From Haliotis rufescens (Eukaryota), in the NCBI RefSeq assembly GCF_023055435.1, contig NW_025963902.1, forward strand, positions 2,603,815 to 2,667,814: a DNA stretch of 64,000 nucleotides, read 5' to 3'. Below, in pieces: positions 27,666 to 39,700 of the stretch. The number at the start of each line of letters is the position of its first letter. The stretch's first letter is position 1. Below the pieces are notes generated by a model. The model saw only the letters and a program-made list of their open reading frames with translations, had not been told where the DNA came from and made no database searches. The translations under genes and the position numbers were made by a program.

Positions 27666-28099
27666 GTGGGAATAAATACACATCTCAAACACCAGAACAC
27701 CCAGAGTCAGAGACCAGGGTTGCGTTCACTTTCAAGACTTATTGTCTCCCCCTAATTTTTTATAATATGGAAGAATGTTCTGTCAAAAGTTGATATTCCA
27801 ACTTCAGACTGGTCTAAACGGAGGATAATTATATGTTATATTATGAAAAAGAAAAGAATTGTTTTACTCTTGAAGAAAGCTAAGTAATTGAACCATTTAT
27901 TTTTTTGTTAGATTATGAAGTATACTTCTCGACTTTTGATAGGAATGTTTGTATCCTTTCGTCATATTCAAAGATGATTCTCATATGTCAATTGTTTATC
28001 TAAATAGAAAGAGATCTGAATATCCCTACCAAGAGTTGTGTCGTTTACATATGTTTCATGGAATGTACTATTTATATGATAATAACATTTGTATTGCAG

Positions 28100-28223
28100 C
28101 CTGTCACTCCGCTGAAAGTAGTACCTGCCAACTCAGCGCTTCGTCTCCGGTCAATCCTGGACTTTGAGGATGAGACTGGGGAGAAGAGGACTGCAGGGGA
28201 CGAGTGGTTATTTGAGGGACCAG
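28100..28223 (+). CDS. MVP: major vault protein, coding exon 3 ([41 protein letters not shown]-)
   Basis: tattgcag acceptor, GTATGT donor; [23 protein letters not shown] motif identical to human MVP; 124 nt, ends phase 1. Confidence 0.88.
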
Positions 28224-30268
28224 GTATGTACAGTCGTTGTGGGCTGCTTTCTTCAGGAAGTCAGATTACCTGATGCTCTTCGAACCTTCTCAGATAATGG
28301 GGAAAGACAACTGACCTCTTCCCAATTGGGAGGATTACTGATCATGTTGTCAATCACTGGATTGTCTGGTCCAGACTCAATTATTTTCAGACCGCAGCAT
28401 ATAGCTTGAATATTGCCGAGTGCAGTGTTAAACAACAAACAAACAACTGACCTCTGATCGAGTCTTAAAGAAGTGATATTAAAAACAATGATACTTTTGG
28501 GACATGAAATCAAATTTGTTTGTTATTTAAGGCAGCTGTGTATATGGAGGTAGTCTGTAGATAATCGAGTCTGGACCAAACAATCCAGTGATTAACATCA
28601 TGAGCATCGATCTACACAATTGGGATACAAGAGGTTGTAATCAATCAAGTCACTGAGTCTGACTACCTGATCCAGTTGGTCACCTTGTACGACCAGCATA
28701 GGTTTGCTGGGAAACTATTTTCTTATTGGAATCCTATGTCGTTACGAAATTGCTAACTTGAGCCCTTACAAAGAGCTAGGGACATAATTTGCCTGGAATA
28801 CCTGTTTTGTTTGGAGACAGGGTTAATACTGATACCAAGTTTGGAATGCTGATGAAGCAATTATGAATTCCATGTATGTGTGATTGCTCAGTATGGTGGT
28901 CTTATTTATGAAGATTCCATACTTTAACATAGACTTGCAATCCATGGGTTCAGGCCTTGGCCAAAACTTGTTCTTGGATTTCTGTAGTCAACATGACAAG
29001 ATCCAGGCAGCTGAATAAAATTGCTTGAGAAATTCAGGGTTGATTTAGGTAAAGTTTAAGAAAATATTACAACTTTGAAAAAATAAATTGCATTACATCA
29101 ATCACTTACACTGTTTTTATTTACCATATTTAGAATAGAAGAAAGAGTAATATACTTTGAACAGACTAATAGCATATGTACTAATATGGCCATGTGTATG
29201 GCAGCAGAGTTGTGTCTAAAGTAGACATTGAATCAGTTTCTTAAAATAGCTTTTGATGAATGCTGCTCTGATTGGTGAAAGGGGAGGTAATAAGGCAGCT
29301 AGCCAAAATGTCCTGTTGGCGGTTGATCATCCAAAGCATGATGAAACTCTTGGAAATCAGTACAGAACTGACTAAGGTTTATTTTTGTACAGTAACCTAA
29401 ATTATTGCATCTCTCAACAGTGTAAACAGCCTATTAGGTATATGATACATATTTAACAACACAAAGTGTTGTATATTACTGGTATATCTCAATTAGCCCT
29501 AATAAAGAACAAAATATATTTAATAATGTACAACATATTGATAAAAATGATGTTGGGGACAATCCATAAACTATTACACATTTTGGTTAATCTGTTTTTA
29601 ATATGATTTTTATTTGTTACATTGTATAACAATGGTAACATTGTTAATTCTGCCATATGTTATGGAGTTTTATTCAGTAATTAGATTATTGTAAACCTCT
29701 TCAGGGAAAATAACCTTGAATTTCTTCAGGAAAAATAGCCTTGAACAAGTTGATTGCTTTTGCATGGAAATACTTCTTTGTTCTATTGAATTTGGTCAAA
29801 ATTAATAACATGTAATCAATTTTGTTTGTTGCATGATAAGGAACAATTTAATTATTTAATATTTATTGATATTATTTGATGTGACATTATGTTAAGCTCG
29901 GGAAAATCATTGAAGGAGTTAATGTATTAGATCTTGATCAGAGATGAGTGATATACGTGATATATATCAAATATATGAAACTCAAGTTTCCTTCTTACAC
30001 AAATCTTTCACGAGATGTTTTCATCTAGTCACATATGCTACTCAAAAGAAATTAAGGATCACCCGATTCTTTCATAATGGTAAAGTTAATCTGTCATGAC
30101 ATGAGAGATTAACTATAGTAATATGAAAGAATCAGGTGATCCTTACCTTCTTTTGAGTAGTATATTATTTAAATTTTTCATCAAGGTTGATAGTCAAAGT
30201 TACTATTTATCAAATATAGTTTGTGGAAACTAAATTGTAAATCTCATTTCCCCTATGTAACTTTGCAG

Positions 30269-30495
30269 GCACATACATCCCACGTAAGGAGGTAGTAGTA
30301 GAGGAGACGATCAGGGCCACCGTCATCAAGCCAAATCAAGCTATCCGGCTGCGGGCTCGCAAAGAGTGCCTGGACCGTGACGGCAGTGCCCGGGTCACAG
30401 GGGAGGAATGGCTGGTCAAGAAGACTGGAGCTTACCTGCCTGGAGCATACGAGGAAGTTGTCGATATTGTCAATGCTTATGTTCTCACCGAAAAG
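30269..30495 (+). CDS. MVP: major vault protein, coding exon 4 ([76 protein letters not shown])
   Basis: ctttgcag acceptor, GTCAGT donor; [45 protein letters not shown] matches MVP. Confidence 0.9.
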
Positions 30496-31235
30496 GTCAG
30501 TATTCTGCATTGTTTTGTTGATATGTGCTACTTAAAAGAAGTTGAAGAACACCCATTTTTCTTTCATGTGACAATAGTCTGTCATGGCTGGTGGGTGTTG
30601 GAACACACAGCACTGTGAGTGTTCTTGAACTTCTTTTGAGTAGTATATATGAATCCAAATAACACTTTATCCTAATGTATTTCCCTGTGGGGATTACGGG
30701 TTACAATATGGTGCCAGCTACCTGTTCTGGTCGAAAGAGGCAGTCATATGGATCGGGTGGTCAGACTCGGTGACTTAGTCGCGTGTCATCAAAGTCCGAT
30801 GGCGTGTATCGTTGTTCACAATATCCATGGATTGTCGTGACCAGACTTGATTATTTACACCAAACATGAGGCTGAAATATGCTCAGTTTGCAGTTATTGA
30901 GTGAATTTTCTTCAATGAAAAGTCCTGGGGACAATAACAAATACAAGTTGAGTTATTTGTAGAGAGTTATCGGTAGAGAGGAGTGTCAGTGTTTGGCTAT
31001 TTCAGACAAGATTGAACTTACATCATCAGAAATGCTTTGTCATATGAAAGAAATCTGAGTTGATGAGGCCTACTGTGTATAATTTGTGTGTTCAATGGGT
31101 TGAACTAAAGGATTTTTCCTTTTTGGTGAAAGATACTGATTTTGCCATAATGTTAAAATGATTAAAATTTGCATGTCTAAGTGAATGATTGCTGTATTAT
31201 TGAACATTTCGGTGATTACTCAACAATGTCTGGGT

Positions 31236-31400
31236 GGTCGCTTAGCCTAGTGGTTAAAGTGTTCGCTCGTCATGCCGAAGACCTGGGTTCGATTCCCGAC
31301 ATGGGTAAATTGTGTGAAGCCCATTTCTGGTGTCCCCCGCCGTGATATTGCTGGAATAAATACCATACTCGCTCACTCACTCATTCACTCACTTAACAAT
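31236..31400 (+). mobile_element. tRNA-derived SINE, family A (head gcctagtggttaaagtgttcgctcgtcatgccgaagacctgggttcgattccc; tail ..ccgccgtgatattgctggaata + (cact)n) in MVP intron 4
   Basis: other family-A copies: 6912-7055(+), 38755-38880(+), 61443-61610(+), 2933-3095(-), 33565-33740(-), 52340-52497(-). Confidence 0.75.
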
Positions 31401-31457
31401 GTCTAGACTTCAAGTGGGAAACATTTTCACTATATATCATATTTACTTCTTTTGCAG

Positions 31458-31583
31458 AAAGCACTTCACATGCGTTCACTGAAGACTTTCAAGGATGACT
31501 TCAGCATTGTGAGAAAGAATGGAGAGGAATGGTTGATCACAATGACGGACACCGAGACCCACATCCCGGGGGTGTACGAGGAG
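31458..31583 (+). CDS. MVP: major vault protein, coding exon 5 (KALHMRSLKTFKDDFSIVRKNGEEWLITMTDTETHIPGVYEE)
   Basis: ttttgcag acceptor, GTGAGT donor; 126 nt phase 0; aligns to human [42 protein letters not shown]. Confidence 0.88.
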
Positions 31584-31774
31584 GTGAGTACAAGCGTACC
31601 CAAACACACAGTACACTCAATTTTTCTCACTAAACATTTACATTCCAATAAAAAAAGTGATAAATAGGTTTTAAAAAAACTGGTTCATTCTGTACAGAAA
31701 ATTTCAAAGGATTCAAAATATATTGGTTGGTTGGTATTTAGAGCTACAATTATTTGTAGTATGTTCTTATGGGT

Positions 31775-32052
31775 CTGGGGGACACGGATGGCCCAGTCGT
31801 CTAAGGCGCCACGATTCGCTGTGCAGAGTTGCGTCCCTTGAGCACGCCAGAAACCTATGATCTTGGGTTTGAATCCTGGTTCGCCCCGATTATGTTTCTA
31901 GGTTTGTCAGCACCATACCCGTGCTCATGGGTTTAACCGAACTGGTAAACAAACATCTAAGACCTGCATCACTTCGGGCTTTCCTCCCACATTAAACTGA
32001 CACGCCGTGATATAACTGGAATACAGTTAAAAGTGGCACTCACTCACTCACA
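31775..32052 (+). mobile_element. tRNA-derived SINE, family B (head gggggacacggatggcccagtcgtctaaggcgcc...; body ..aacctatgatcttgggtttgaatcctggttcgccccgattatgtttctaggtttgtcagcaccatacccgtgctc..; tail (cact)n) in MVP intron 5
   Basis: other family-B copies (minus orientation): 7088-7350, 11325-11592, 12975-13200, 44895-45190, 45690-45972, 50815-51090, 52610-52912. Confidence 0.75.
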
Positions 32053-32245
32053 GTCTATCCTATGCCTGTATCTGTAGGACCGCCTCTGTGGAGACATCAG
32101 CTCAGAGATCAGTAAAACGTTCTGAGATGTTTTATTGCAAATAAAATTGATTCATGAAACTGTTTATCCTATTGTTTATCACTGTTTTATGTACTAAATT
32201 AATTAACAATGTGTACATGCTATTATCAATATGTTTGTGTTTCAG

Positions 32246-32356
32246 GTTGTGGGAGTAGTGAACATCACCACTCTAACTAACCGTCAGTACTGTGTGATTC
32301 TCGACCCCGCCGACGAGAGTGGCAGACCACAGCTGGGGAGGAAGAAGCTTATCAAG
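32246..32356 (+). CDS. MVP: major vault protein, coding exon 6 ([37 protein letters not shown])
   Basis: tgtttcag acceptor, GTAATA donor; YCVILDP..G..QLG.K...KGEKSFF continuity with next exon as in human MVP. Confidence 0.85.
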
Positions 32357-32374
32357 GTAATACACGTTCCGAAA

Positions 32375-33050
32375 CGTAACTCACTCCGTACCATCACACA
32401 TCATCACATCACTCACACCACAATCACACATCACCGTAACATCACTCACAGCACCATCACACGTCACCGTAACATCACTCACACCACCATCACACGTCAC
32501 CGTAACATCACTCACACCTACCATCACACATCATCACAACATCGCTCACACCACCATCACACATGACCGTAACATCACTCACACCACCATCACACATGAC
32601 CGTAACATCACTCACACCACCATCACACATCACCGTAACATCACTCACACCACCATCACACATCACTGTAACATCACTCACACAACCATCACACATCACC
32701 GTAACATCACTCACACCACCATCACACATCACCGTAACATCACTCACACCACCATCACACATGACCGTAACATCACTCACACCACCATCACACATCACCG
32801 TAACATCACTCACACCACCATCACACATCACCGTAACATCACTCACACAACCATCACACATCACCGTAACATCACTCACACCACCATCACACATCACCGT
32901 AACATCACTCACACCACCATCACACATGACCGTAACATCACTCACACCCATCATCACACATCACCATAACATCATGCACACCAACCATCACACAACACCA
33001 TAACATCGCTCACACCAACCATCACACGTAATCAAGGTAACACGTTCCTT
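32375..33050. repeat. 33-bp minisatellite (~20 copies; accgtaacatcactcacaccaccatcacacatc) in MVP intron 6, starting ~20 bp after the exon 6 donor
   Basis: direct reading; both strands give long artefactual ORFs (11-aa periodic peptides). Confidence 0.9.
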
Positions 33051-33226
33051 ATCATCACACACAACCAAGCTGTGCCTCATCAGTCTGGTAAAGGCATTAT
33101 GATAATTTAAAAAAAAAATTCATTTCAAACTTTAATGCACGTTTTTAATTTTCTTCATTATACAACTGACAATTGGACTGTAATTTATATAATCAGCTTG
33201 TTCAAAATTTGTTTGTTTTCCTTCAG

Positions 33227-33352
33227 GGAGAGAAGTCCTTCTTCTTGTTGCCCGGTGAGCGGCTTGAGAAGGGAATTCAGAATGTGTACATCCTGGGAGA
33301 AGACGAGGGTCTCATCCTCAGGGCTAATGAATGCTTCAAGGACAAGGATGGA
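33227..33352 (+). CDS. MVP: major vault protein, coding exon 7 ([42 protein letters not shown])
   Basis: ccttcag acceptor, GTGAGT donor; [34 protein letters not shown] in human. Confidence 0.88.
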
Positions 33353-34258
33353 GTGAGTAAAACTATTATCTACACAACTGATAACATAGGAGAACCATGT
33401 TTCCTGCATGGAACTCGCAACACAAAGTTTTATTTCCTGCATCACATTGGTAACATATTGAAAATAATGGTAACAGATTACCATGGTAACCTATTTTCCT
33501 GTGAGGATGCATTTTAATTTCCAAATTGTCTTCATACTTTATTTGATTTTATCGGCTTGATCTGGGAGTGAGTGAGTGAGTGAATATGGTTTTACGCCGC
33601 TTTTAGCAATATTCCAGCAATATCACGGCGGGGGACACCAGAAATGGGCTTCACACATTGTACCCATGTCGGGAATCGAACCCGGGTCTTCGGCGTGACG
33701 AGCGAACGCTTTAACCACTAGGCTACCCGACCGCCCCTTGATCTGGGAAAAACATTCTGAAGTCTCACTGTAGTATTTAATGTACAGCAGTATGAGACAT
33801 TTGACTTTTAAAGACTATCGCTAGTCGCAGGACTAGTGCAAACATGCTTCACTTGTCACTGGTTCAGATTTATCGCCCATAAATGTTACTAGTTATTCAG
33901 GACTGACATTTTATTAAGTTGTCCTTGGCACTATTTCAAGGGCAAAAGTACTCCAACTCTGTCATCTCGGCAATTCATTTAGCCCATGTTATCACCAGAT
34001 GCAAATTAGCACTGAACACCAGTCAAACCCGTCAAGATGATAGTCCATGATAAATTTTGAATCCGTGAAGAAAAAGCCATCCAAATTTCAACAAGGTCGA
34101 GAGTTGTTTCCCTTTAGCAGCAAGCAGACAAGTATAACTTTCTAATGTGGATTCAGCAACCTTTTGTATGCTCTTGCTAATAATATTCATTACAATATTT
34201 TCGTCAGGTGCACATGGTCCAAGATGGGAAAACAGATTAATGTTATTGTTTTGTGTAG

Positions 34259-34408
34259 GGAGACGAGCGTAACCCTGGAGATCGATGGATGATCCGAGGA
34301 CCCACCGAGTATGTTCCCCCCGTGGAGGTGGAGGTGGTGATGAAACGTCAGGCGATCCCACTGGACGAGAATGAGGGGATATATGTCCGAGACATCAAGA
34401 ATGGCAAG
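34259..34408 (+). CDS. MVP: major vault protein, coding exon 8 ([50 protein letters not shown])
   Basis: gtgtag acceptor, GTATAT donor; [44 protein letters not shown] in human. Confidence 0.88.
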
Positions 34409-35158
34409 GTATATAGAAATGAATGTATTCAAGTTTCAATCCAACATTAAAAGAAATGCTGGATTTCATGGCAGAATGTATCCCTCAGGTAAATGAGGAC
34501 CAATGGTAACCATGTCTAATCTTGATTGATGTGTCATTACACTCAGTACCGGCCCAATGACCTGAGGCTTCTTAAGAGGCTGGATTACCTCCCTTAGCCA
34601 TATCAGGATCAGCTGGTCAAGGAACGCAATGACATATTATGCTTTTTTGGTTTTTCAGCACGATATATATGCTAATTTGTTGCAAGTGGTCAAGTTACTG
34701 TCCCAAATTACTGTCATTTTGGAATGTAACAAATTCTATCAAAGCGGCGTTATGCATCTAGTACTATAACTCACTCATAGGTGACAATAATTGAGCTCTT
34801 TTTGTCCAAGCAAGACAAGAACAGGATACAGTGGAATGTTGAAAAATTTCTTCATGTTTGATACTAGATATATCATGAAGATCTGGGTTAGAATTGGTCT
34901 TCAGCAACCCATGCTTGTCATAAGAGGCGACTAGCAGGATCGGGTGGTGACTCGGTAGATGCATCTCATCATGTCCTAATTGCGTAGATCAATGCTCATG
35001 TTGTCATGCACTGGATAGCTTGTCCAGATTTGATCATCTACACACTACCATCATATAGCTGGGATATTGCTGAGTGTGGTGTTAACTTACAGAAAAAGAA
35101 AAAAAAAAGTTATATCCTGAACCAAACTTGACCCCCCCTCTGTTATATTTGATCTCAG

Positions 35159-35394
35159 GTGCGTGCCATCACTGGGGAGACCTACATGTTGAACCAGGAT
35201 GAGGAACTCTGGGAGAAGACACTTGCCCCTATTGTAGAGAATCTCCTCGCGATTGGTAAGGACCCTCTCGCTGACCGTAGTGACCGGGGACGTGACGTCG
35301 CGGCTAAGCCACGTGACAAGACACGTGTCGTCACCTTCAGAGTCCCCCACAATGCAGCAGTCCAGATCTATGACTACAAGGACAAGAAGGCCAG
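35159..35394 (+). CDS. MVP: major vault protein, coding exon 9 ([64 protein letters not shown]-)
   Basis: ctcag acceptor, GTGGGT donor; [24 protein letters not shown] motif; ends phase 2 (ag|g = Arg). Confidence 0.9.
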
Positions 35395-35840
35395 GTGGGT
35401 CACCATCAACATCCTCATTGTCAGGCAAAGCTGTTGGATTTTCTGAATCAGAGACTCGGTCAGATGAGAAACACAAGGATCAGAGACTCAATATCCTGAG
35501 ATCTTTTTTCATAAAATTACTGTGGCCGTTCTCTGATCCAGGTGACAACATGATAGCTTAACCAATTGACAAAAGTCATAAATATTGCAAATTGATTAAT
35601 TTTGGTCTCAGCTCACTTGTCTAAAGTGTCCTTTATCTGAAACAGTATTTATTATTTTCATCCTACCAAACAGTCTTTTGATTAGACTACCGATATATAA
35701 TGTTGATAATCATGTAAGAACTTCTTGATCGTGTTATCAAGGCTTGCATGTAAATTTTGATAAAATGTGTTGAATTGAATTTAAATGAAAGTTTTGTTGA
35801 CATCTTGAACTGTTTAAGATTTAGTCCCGTTGTGTTTCAG

Positions 35841-36038
35841 GGTTGTGTTTGGACCTGAGCTGGTGATGTTGGGCCCTGACGAACAATTCACACAGCTCAG
35901 TCTGTCTGGCGGCAAGCCCAAGAAACCCAATGTCATCAAGAGTTTGTGCTTGCTTCTCGGGCCTGACTTCTGCACTGATATCATCGTCGTGGAAACCGCC
36001 GACCACGCCCGTCTGTCACTGCAGCTATCATACAACTG
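35841..36038 (+). CDS. MVP: major vault protein, coding exon 10 ([65 protein letters not shown])
   Basis: tgtttcag acceptor, consensus GTAAGT donor splitting Trp codon tg|g; [32 protein letters not shown] in human. Confidence 0.9.
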
Positions 36039-36434
36039 GTAAGTTTGAACATCTCATACTAATGCATGTGGAGGATAGCACCTGTTTAGTGATAGTTGGT
36101 GTGAACAAGGTTCCTATTTTCATGATACTGATTTCAAGTATTTATTCATTATGGCATCTGAATTCAGCACTTTTGTAGACTGTAGTTATATACAGTGAAG
36201 CATTCATCAGTGATTTATCCAGGAATCCCCTGGGAGGTAACTTGAAAAAAAGTTATTTTGTTCAAAATTGAATTTTGACAGAATAACTATGGTACTATAA
36301 AAGAATCGACTGATTCTTAGCTTCTTTTGAGTAGTATACGGTAATGGCCTTTTGTTATTTTGAAAATTATATTAGACCTTGAAAATTGTGTCAGTTCTTA
36401 TCGACTGTTTCTGATATCTTGTGTACTTGTGTAG

Positions 36435-36576
36435 GCATTTTGAAGTGCTTGAGAAGTCGGAAGGGGAGGCGGCTAAACTGTTCAGTGTCCCAGACTTCAC
36501 AGGAGATGCTTGTAAGGCCATTGCTTCCCGGGTCCGAGGGGCGGTCGCCCAGGTCCAGTTCGATGATTTCCACAAA
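36435..36576 (+). CDS. MVP: major vault protein, coding exon 11 ([47 protein letters not shown])
   Basis: gtgtag acceptor, GTGAGT donor; [32 protein letters not shown] nearly identical to human. Confidence 0.9.
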
Positions 36577-36604
36577 GTGAGTAACTGTTGTTATTCTCCA
36601 CCCC

Positions 36605-36840
36605 AATATAGATGTGTGATATAGAGGTTACACTCTCCTAGTAGTTATATATAGAGATGTGATATAGAGGTTATACTTTCCTAGTAGTTATATATAGATA
36701 TGTGATATAGAGGTTATACTTTCCTAGTAGTTATATATAGATATGTGATATAGAGGTTTTACTTTCCTAGTAGTTATATATATAGATATGTGATATAGAG
36801 GTTATACTTTCCTAGTAGTTATATATATAGATATATCCAC
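36605..36840. repeat. 43-bp tandem repeat x~5.5 (gatatagaggttatactttcctagtagttatatatagatatgt) in MVP intron 11
   Basis: direct reading. Confidence 0.85.
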
Positions 36841-37224
36841 ATTCATTACAACCCTTTGTAAGCGACATCCCCATCCTCGTGGATGTAAAAGATTTTAAGT
36901 CCTGCATCATTTTTGACACTGTACACTTTTTCACACGTGATATGATTGAAATGCAGTAAACTACGGTTATAACAAACTCAAAGGGACCACTAATTGTAGT
37001 TCGTTATAACCGTTGTTCATTACAAGAATATGTACAACATATACACAACAAATGGCCGGGACAAAAAAACAGTTTGTTATATACGCAAGTTTGTTATAAG
37101 CGTGTTCGTTATGAACATAGTTTACTGTATTGTTAAAAGCAATGTTAAATGTATCTAACTCACTCCGTTGATGTGATCAAAAGAATGTACTTTTCTAATT
37201 GTGATGGGAGATATTAAAGACATG

Positions 37225-37445
37225 CATCAATTTGGGACACTCCATGGGTACTCCTGGCAGGGATAGTTCCACATACTCCATGGGTATTCATGGCAGGGAC
37301 AGTTCCAAGTACTCCATGGGTACTCCTGGCAGGGACAGTTCCAAGTACTCCATGGGTATTCATGGCAGGGACTGTTCCACATACTCCATGGGTATTCATG
37401 GCAGGGACAGTTCCAAGTACTCCATGCTTGTCACAAGAGCAAACT
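37225..37445. repeat. 36-bp tandem repeat x~6 (ctccatgggtactcctggcagggacagttccaagta) in MVP intron 11
   Basis: direct reading; produces periodic ORFs on both strands. Confidence 0.85.
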
Positions 37446-37614
37446 ATCAACCACGGGTTTGCCTGACGGGCAGCCATCTCAGAGTTGAGCCGACTTGACA
37501 TTTTCAAACATGCATCTTTGAGTTATCTATGAAATGAAATATGAATCCATATATATTTTTATTTATTTTAATAATATGTTACTTATTAATAACATCAACC
37601 ACCATATTTTCCAG

Positions 37615-37826
37615 AACTCTGCCAAGATCATCCGTGCATCTGTGTTTGGTATTGACGACAAGAGCAAGGTGAGGGAGAAGTTCACCTTCCCCCAGAACAA
37701 CCTTCACATCACCAGCATTGACATCCAGTCTGTGGAGCCGGTCGACCAGCGCACACGGGATTCTCTCATGAAGTCCGTGCAGCTGGCCATTGAAATCACC
37801 ACCAACTCCCAGGAAGCTGCTGCCAG
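37615..37826 (+). CDS. MVP: major vault protein, coding exon 12 ([58 protein letters not shown]-)
   Basis: ttttccag acceptor, GTAACC donor; [36 protein letters not shown] motif. Confidence 0.9.
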
Positions 37827-38229
37827 GTAACCGTGGCAACGATGATTCATAACACTTCCTTATCCGATCAACAGGCTACTGATTCTCACTCGTTTGGGGC
37901 TTGTCGTAAAAGGCGACTAACGGGATTGGGTGGTCAGGCTCGCTGACTTGGTTGATGCATGTCATCGTATCCCAATTGCGAGGATCGATGCTCATGGTGT
38001 CAATCACTGGATTGTCTGGTCCAGACTCGATTATTTTCAGACAGCCGTCATGTAGTTGGAATATTGCTGAGTGCGGCGTTAAACAACAAACAAACAAAAC
38101 ATTCATCCAATGGATAAAGTTACTTTCCATGTTTCAACTTTTATGTGACAATAATGTTTACAGCTGACTTTATTTATCCTTCTCCAACATTGGACAGTCG
38201 TTTATACGTATATTACATTGTCTTCACAG

Positions 38230-38473
38230 ACATGAGGCTGAGCGTCTGGAGCAAGAGGCCAAGGGTCGCCTGGAGCGTCAGAAGATCAGCGATGAGGCCG
38301 AGGCTGAGAGGTCCCGCAAGGAGTTGCTGGAGCTGCAGGCCAACAGCGCTGCTGTGGAGAGCACCGGGCAGGCCAAGGCAGAGGCTCAGTCCCGGGCTGA
38401 GGCAGCCAAGATCGAGGGAGAGGCTGCTGTAGAGCAGGCTAAGCTGAAGGCACAAGCCATGAAGATTGAAGCT
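38230..38473 (+). CDS. MVP: major vault protein, coding exon 13 ([81 protein letters not shown])
   Basis: ttcacag acceptor, GTAAGT donor; coiled-coil cap-helix region matching human HEAQRLEQEARGRLERQK..VESTGTAKAEAESRAEAARIEGEG. Confidence 0.9.
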
Positions 38474-38923
38474 GTAAGTTTGCGGAGTTATTTCTGTCGT
38501 TGCAGTGCTTCTTATGCCAAAGGGTTTCAAGAAATTCTCCATTTCTGAGAGAATTTCATTATTGGTCTCCATGCCGTTTGTTCCTGTAATCTAGTCAGTC
38601 AGTTTACTGGTTGGGTCACTTGTCACTTATTTGAATATTTGAATTAGTCTGAAGTCCTGCATTATGCTTGTAACATTATTGAAGGAAATGATTCTTAGAT
38701 TTGTACATTCTTTCGGGGCTATAAAACGAATATATAGGCTGTTTCTTCTTCTAGGGGCGGTGGGGTAGCCTAAAGCTTTTGCTTGTCATGCCAAAGACCC
38801 AGGTTCGGTTCCCCACATGGGTACAATGTGTGAAGCCCATTTCTGATCTCCCCTGCTGTGATGTAAAATCATACTAACTCTTCTTCTTCTTCTACTTCTA
38901 TTGACATTTTATTTTGATTATAG

Positions 38924-39268
38924 GAGTCCGAGCTGGAGCGTCTCACCCAGGCACGTGATGCTGAACTGAGGTACGTCAAGGAACAGAATGATCTTGAACT
39001 TGATAAATCCCGCGAGGTCTCTTCCATTGAGACCCAGAAGTTCAAGGAAATGGTCAGTGCAGTGGGGGCAGACACTCTGCGCACGATGGCTTCCGCTGGG
39101 CCGGAGTTGCAGGTGAAGCTGCTGCAGTCTCTGGGACTCAAGTCCACACTGATCACTGATGGCAGCAGCCCCATCAACCTGTTCAACACCGCCAACGGCC
39201 TCATCGGTGGAATGGTGCCGTACAAGAAGCGCAAGACTGGAGAGAGTGATGAAGAAGATGAAGCATAA
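38924..39268 (+). CDS. MVP: major vault protein, terminal coding exon 14 ([66 protein letters not shown]; TAA at 39266-39268)
   Basis: gattatag acceptor; [37 protein letters not shown] identical block in human MVP; total CDS 2577 nt = 858 aa. Confidence 0.9.
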   Translation, partial: ESELERLTQARDAELRYVKEQNDLELDKSREVSSIETQKFKEMVSAVGADTLRTMASAGPELQVKLLQSLGLKSTLITDGSSPINLFNTANGLIGGMVPYKKRKTGESDEEDEA

Positions 39269-39554
39269 AGAGAGCATTTTGATTGGTTAGGTGTAACAGA
39301 AACGAAATGATTGGTCGAATGATGTTGGCGCTGACATTTGTATTTTCTTGTGTTTTCCATTGTTTGAGTATCAGTGTGATGTCATTAAGAATGTCAGTGT
39401 TGCTGTGTGGAGCCTGTAGCAATGACATGACCCACAGTAGGACCATAGACTTGATTGGAATTCAGTATGGAATATTAATCCTTTACCGACTGACCTATCA
39501 TTTCTAACAGACCAAATCACGCTATTGTTTATTTTGTTGAAAAACATGCATATG

Positions 39555-39700
39555 CTCAATGAAATAGACTATCATGACACACAGTACCTGTCACGTGTTC
39601 AGCGAAATAGACTATCATGACACAAGTTCCTGTCACGTGTTCAGCGAAATAGACTATCATGACACAAGTTCCTGTCACGTGTTCAGCGGAATACTGTCAC
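39555..39700. repeat. ~44-bp tandem repeat x3 in MVP 3' UTR, each unit carrying a CACGTG E-box (tgtcacgtgttcagcgaaatagactatcatgacaca)
   Basis: direct reading. Confidence 0.8.

Noticed and set aside
32508-33003. Long ORFs of 146-149 aa on both strands ([11 protein letters not shown]... / [15 protein letters not shown]...)
   Set aside because: They are purely periodic translations of the 33-bp minisatellite in MVP intron 6, with no start context or homology.
35087-39360. Several minus-strand ORFs (35087-35476, 38213-38572, 38869-39360, 37579-37839) opposite MVP exons
   Set aside because: They are antisense shadows of MVP coding exons 9, 12, 13 and 14, with no independent support.
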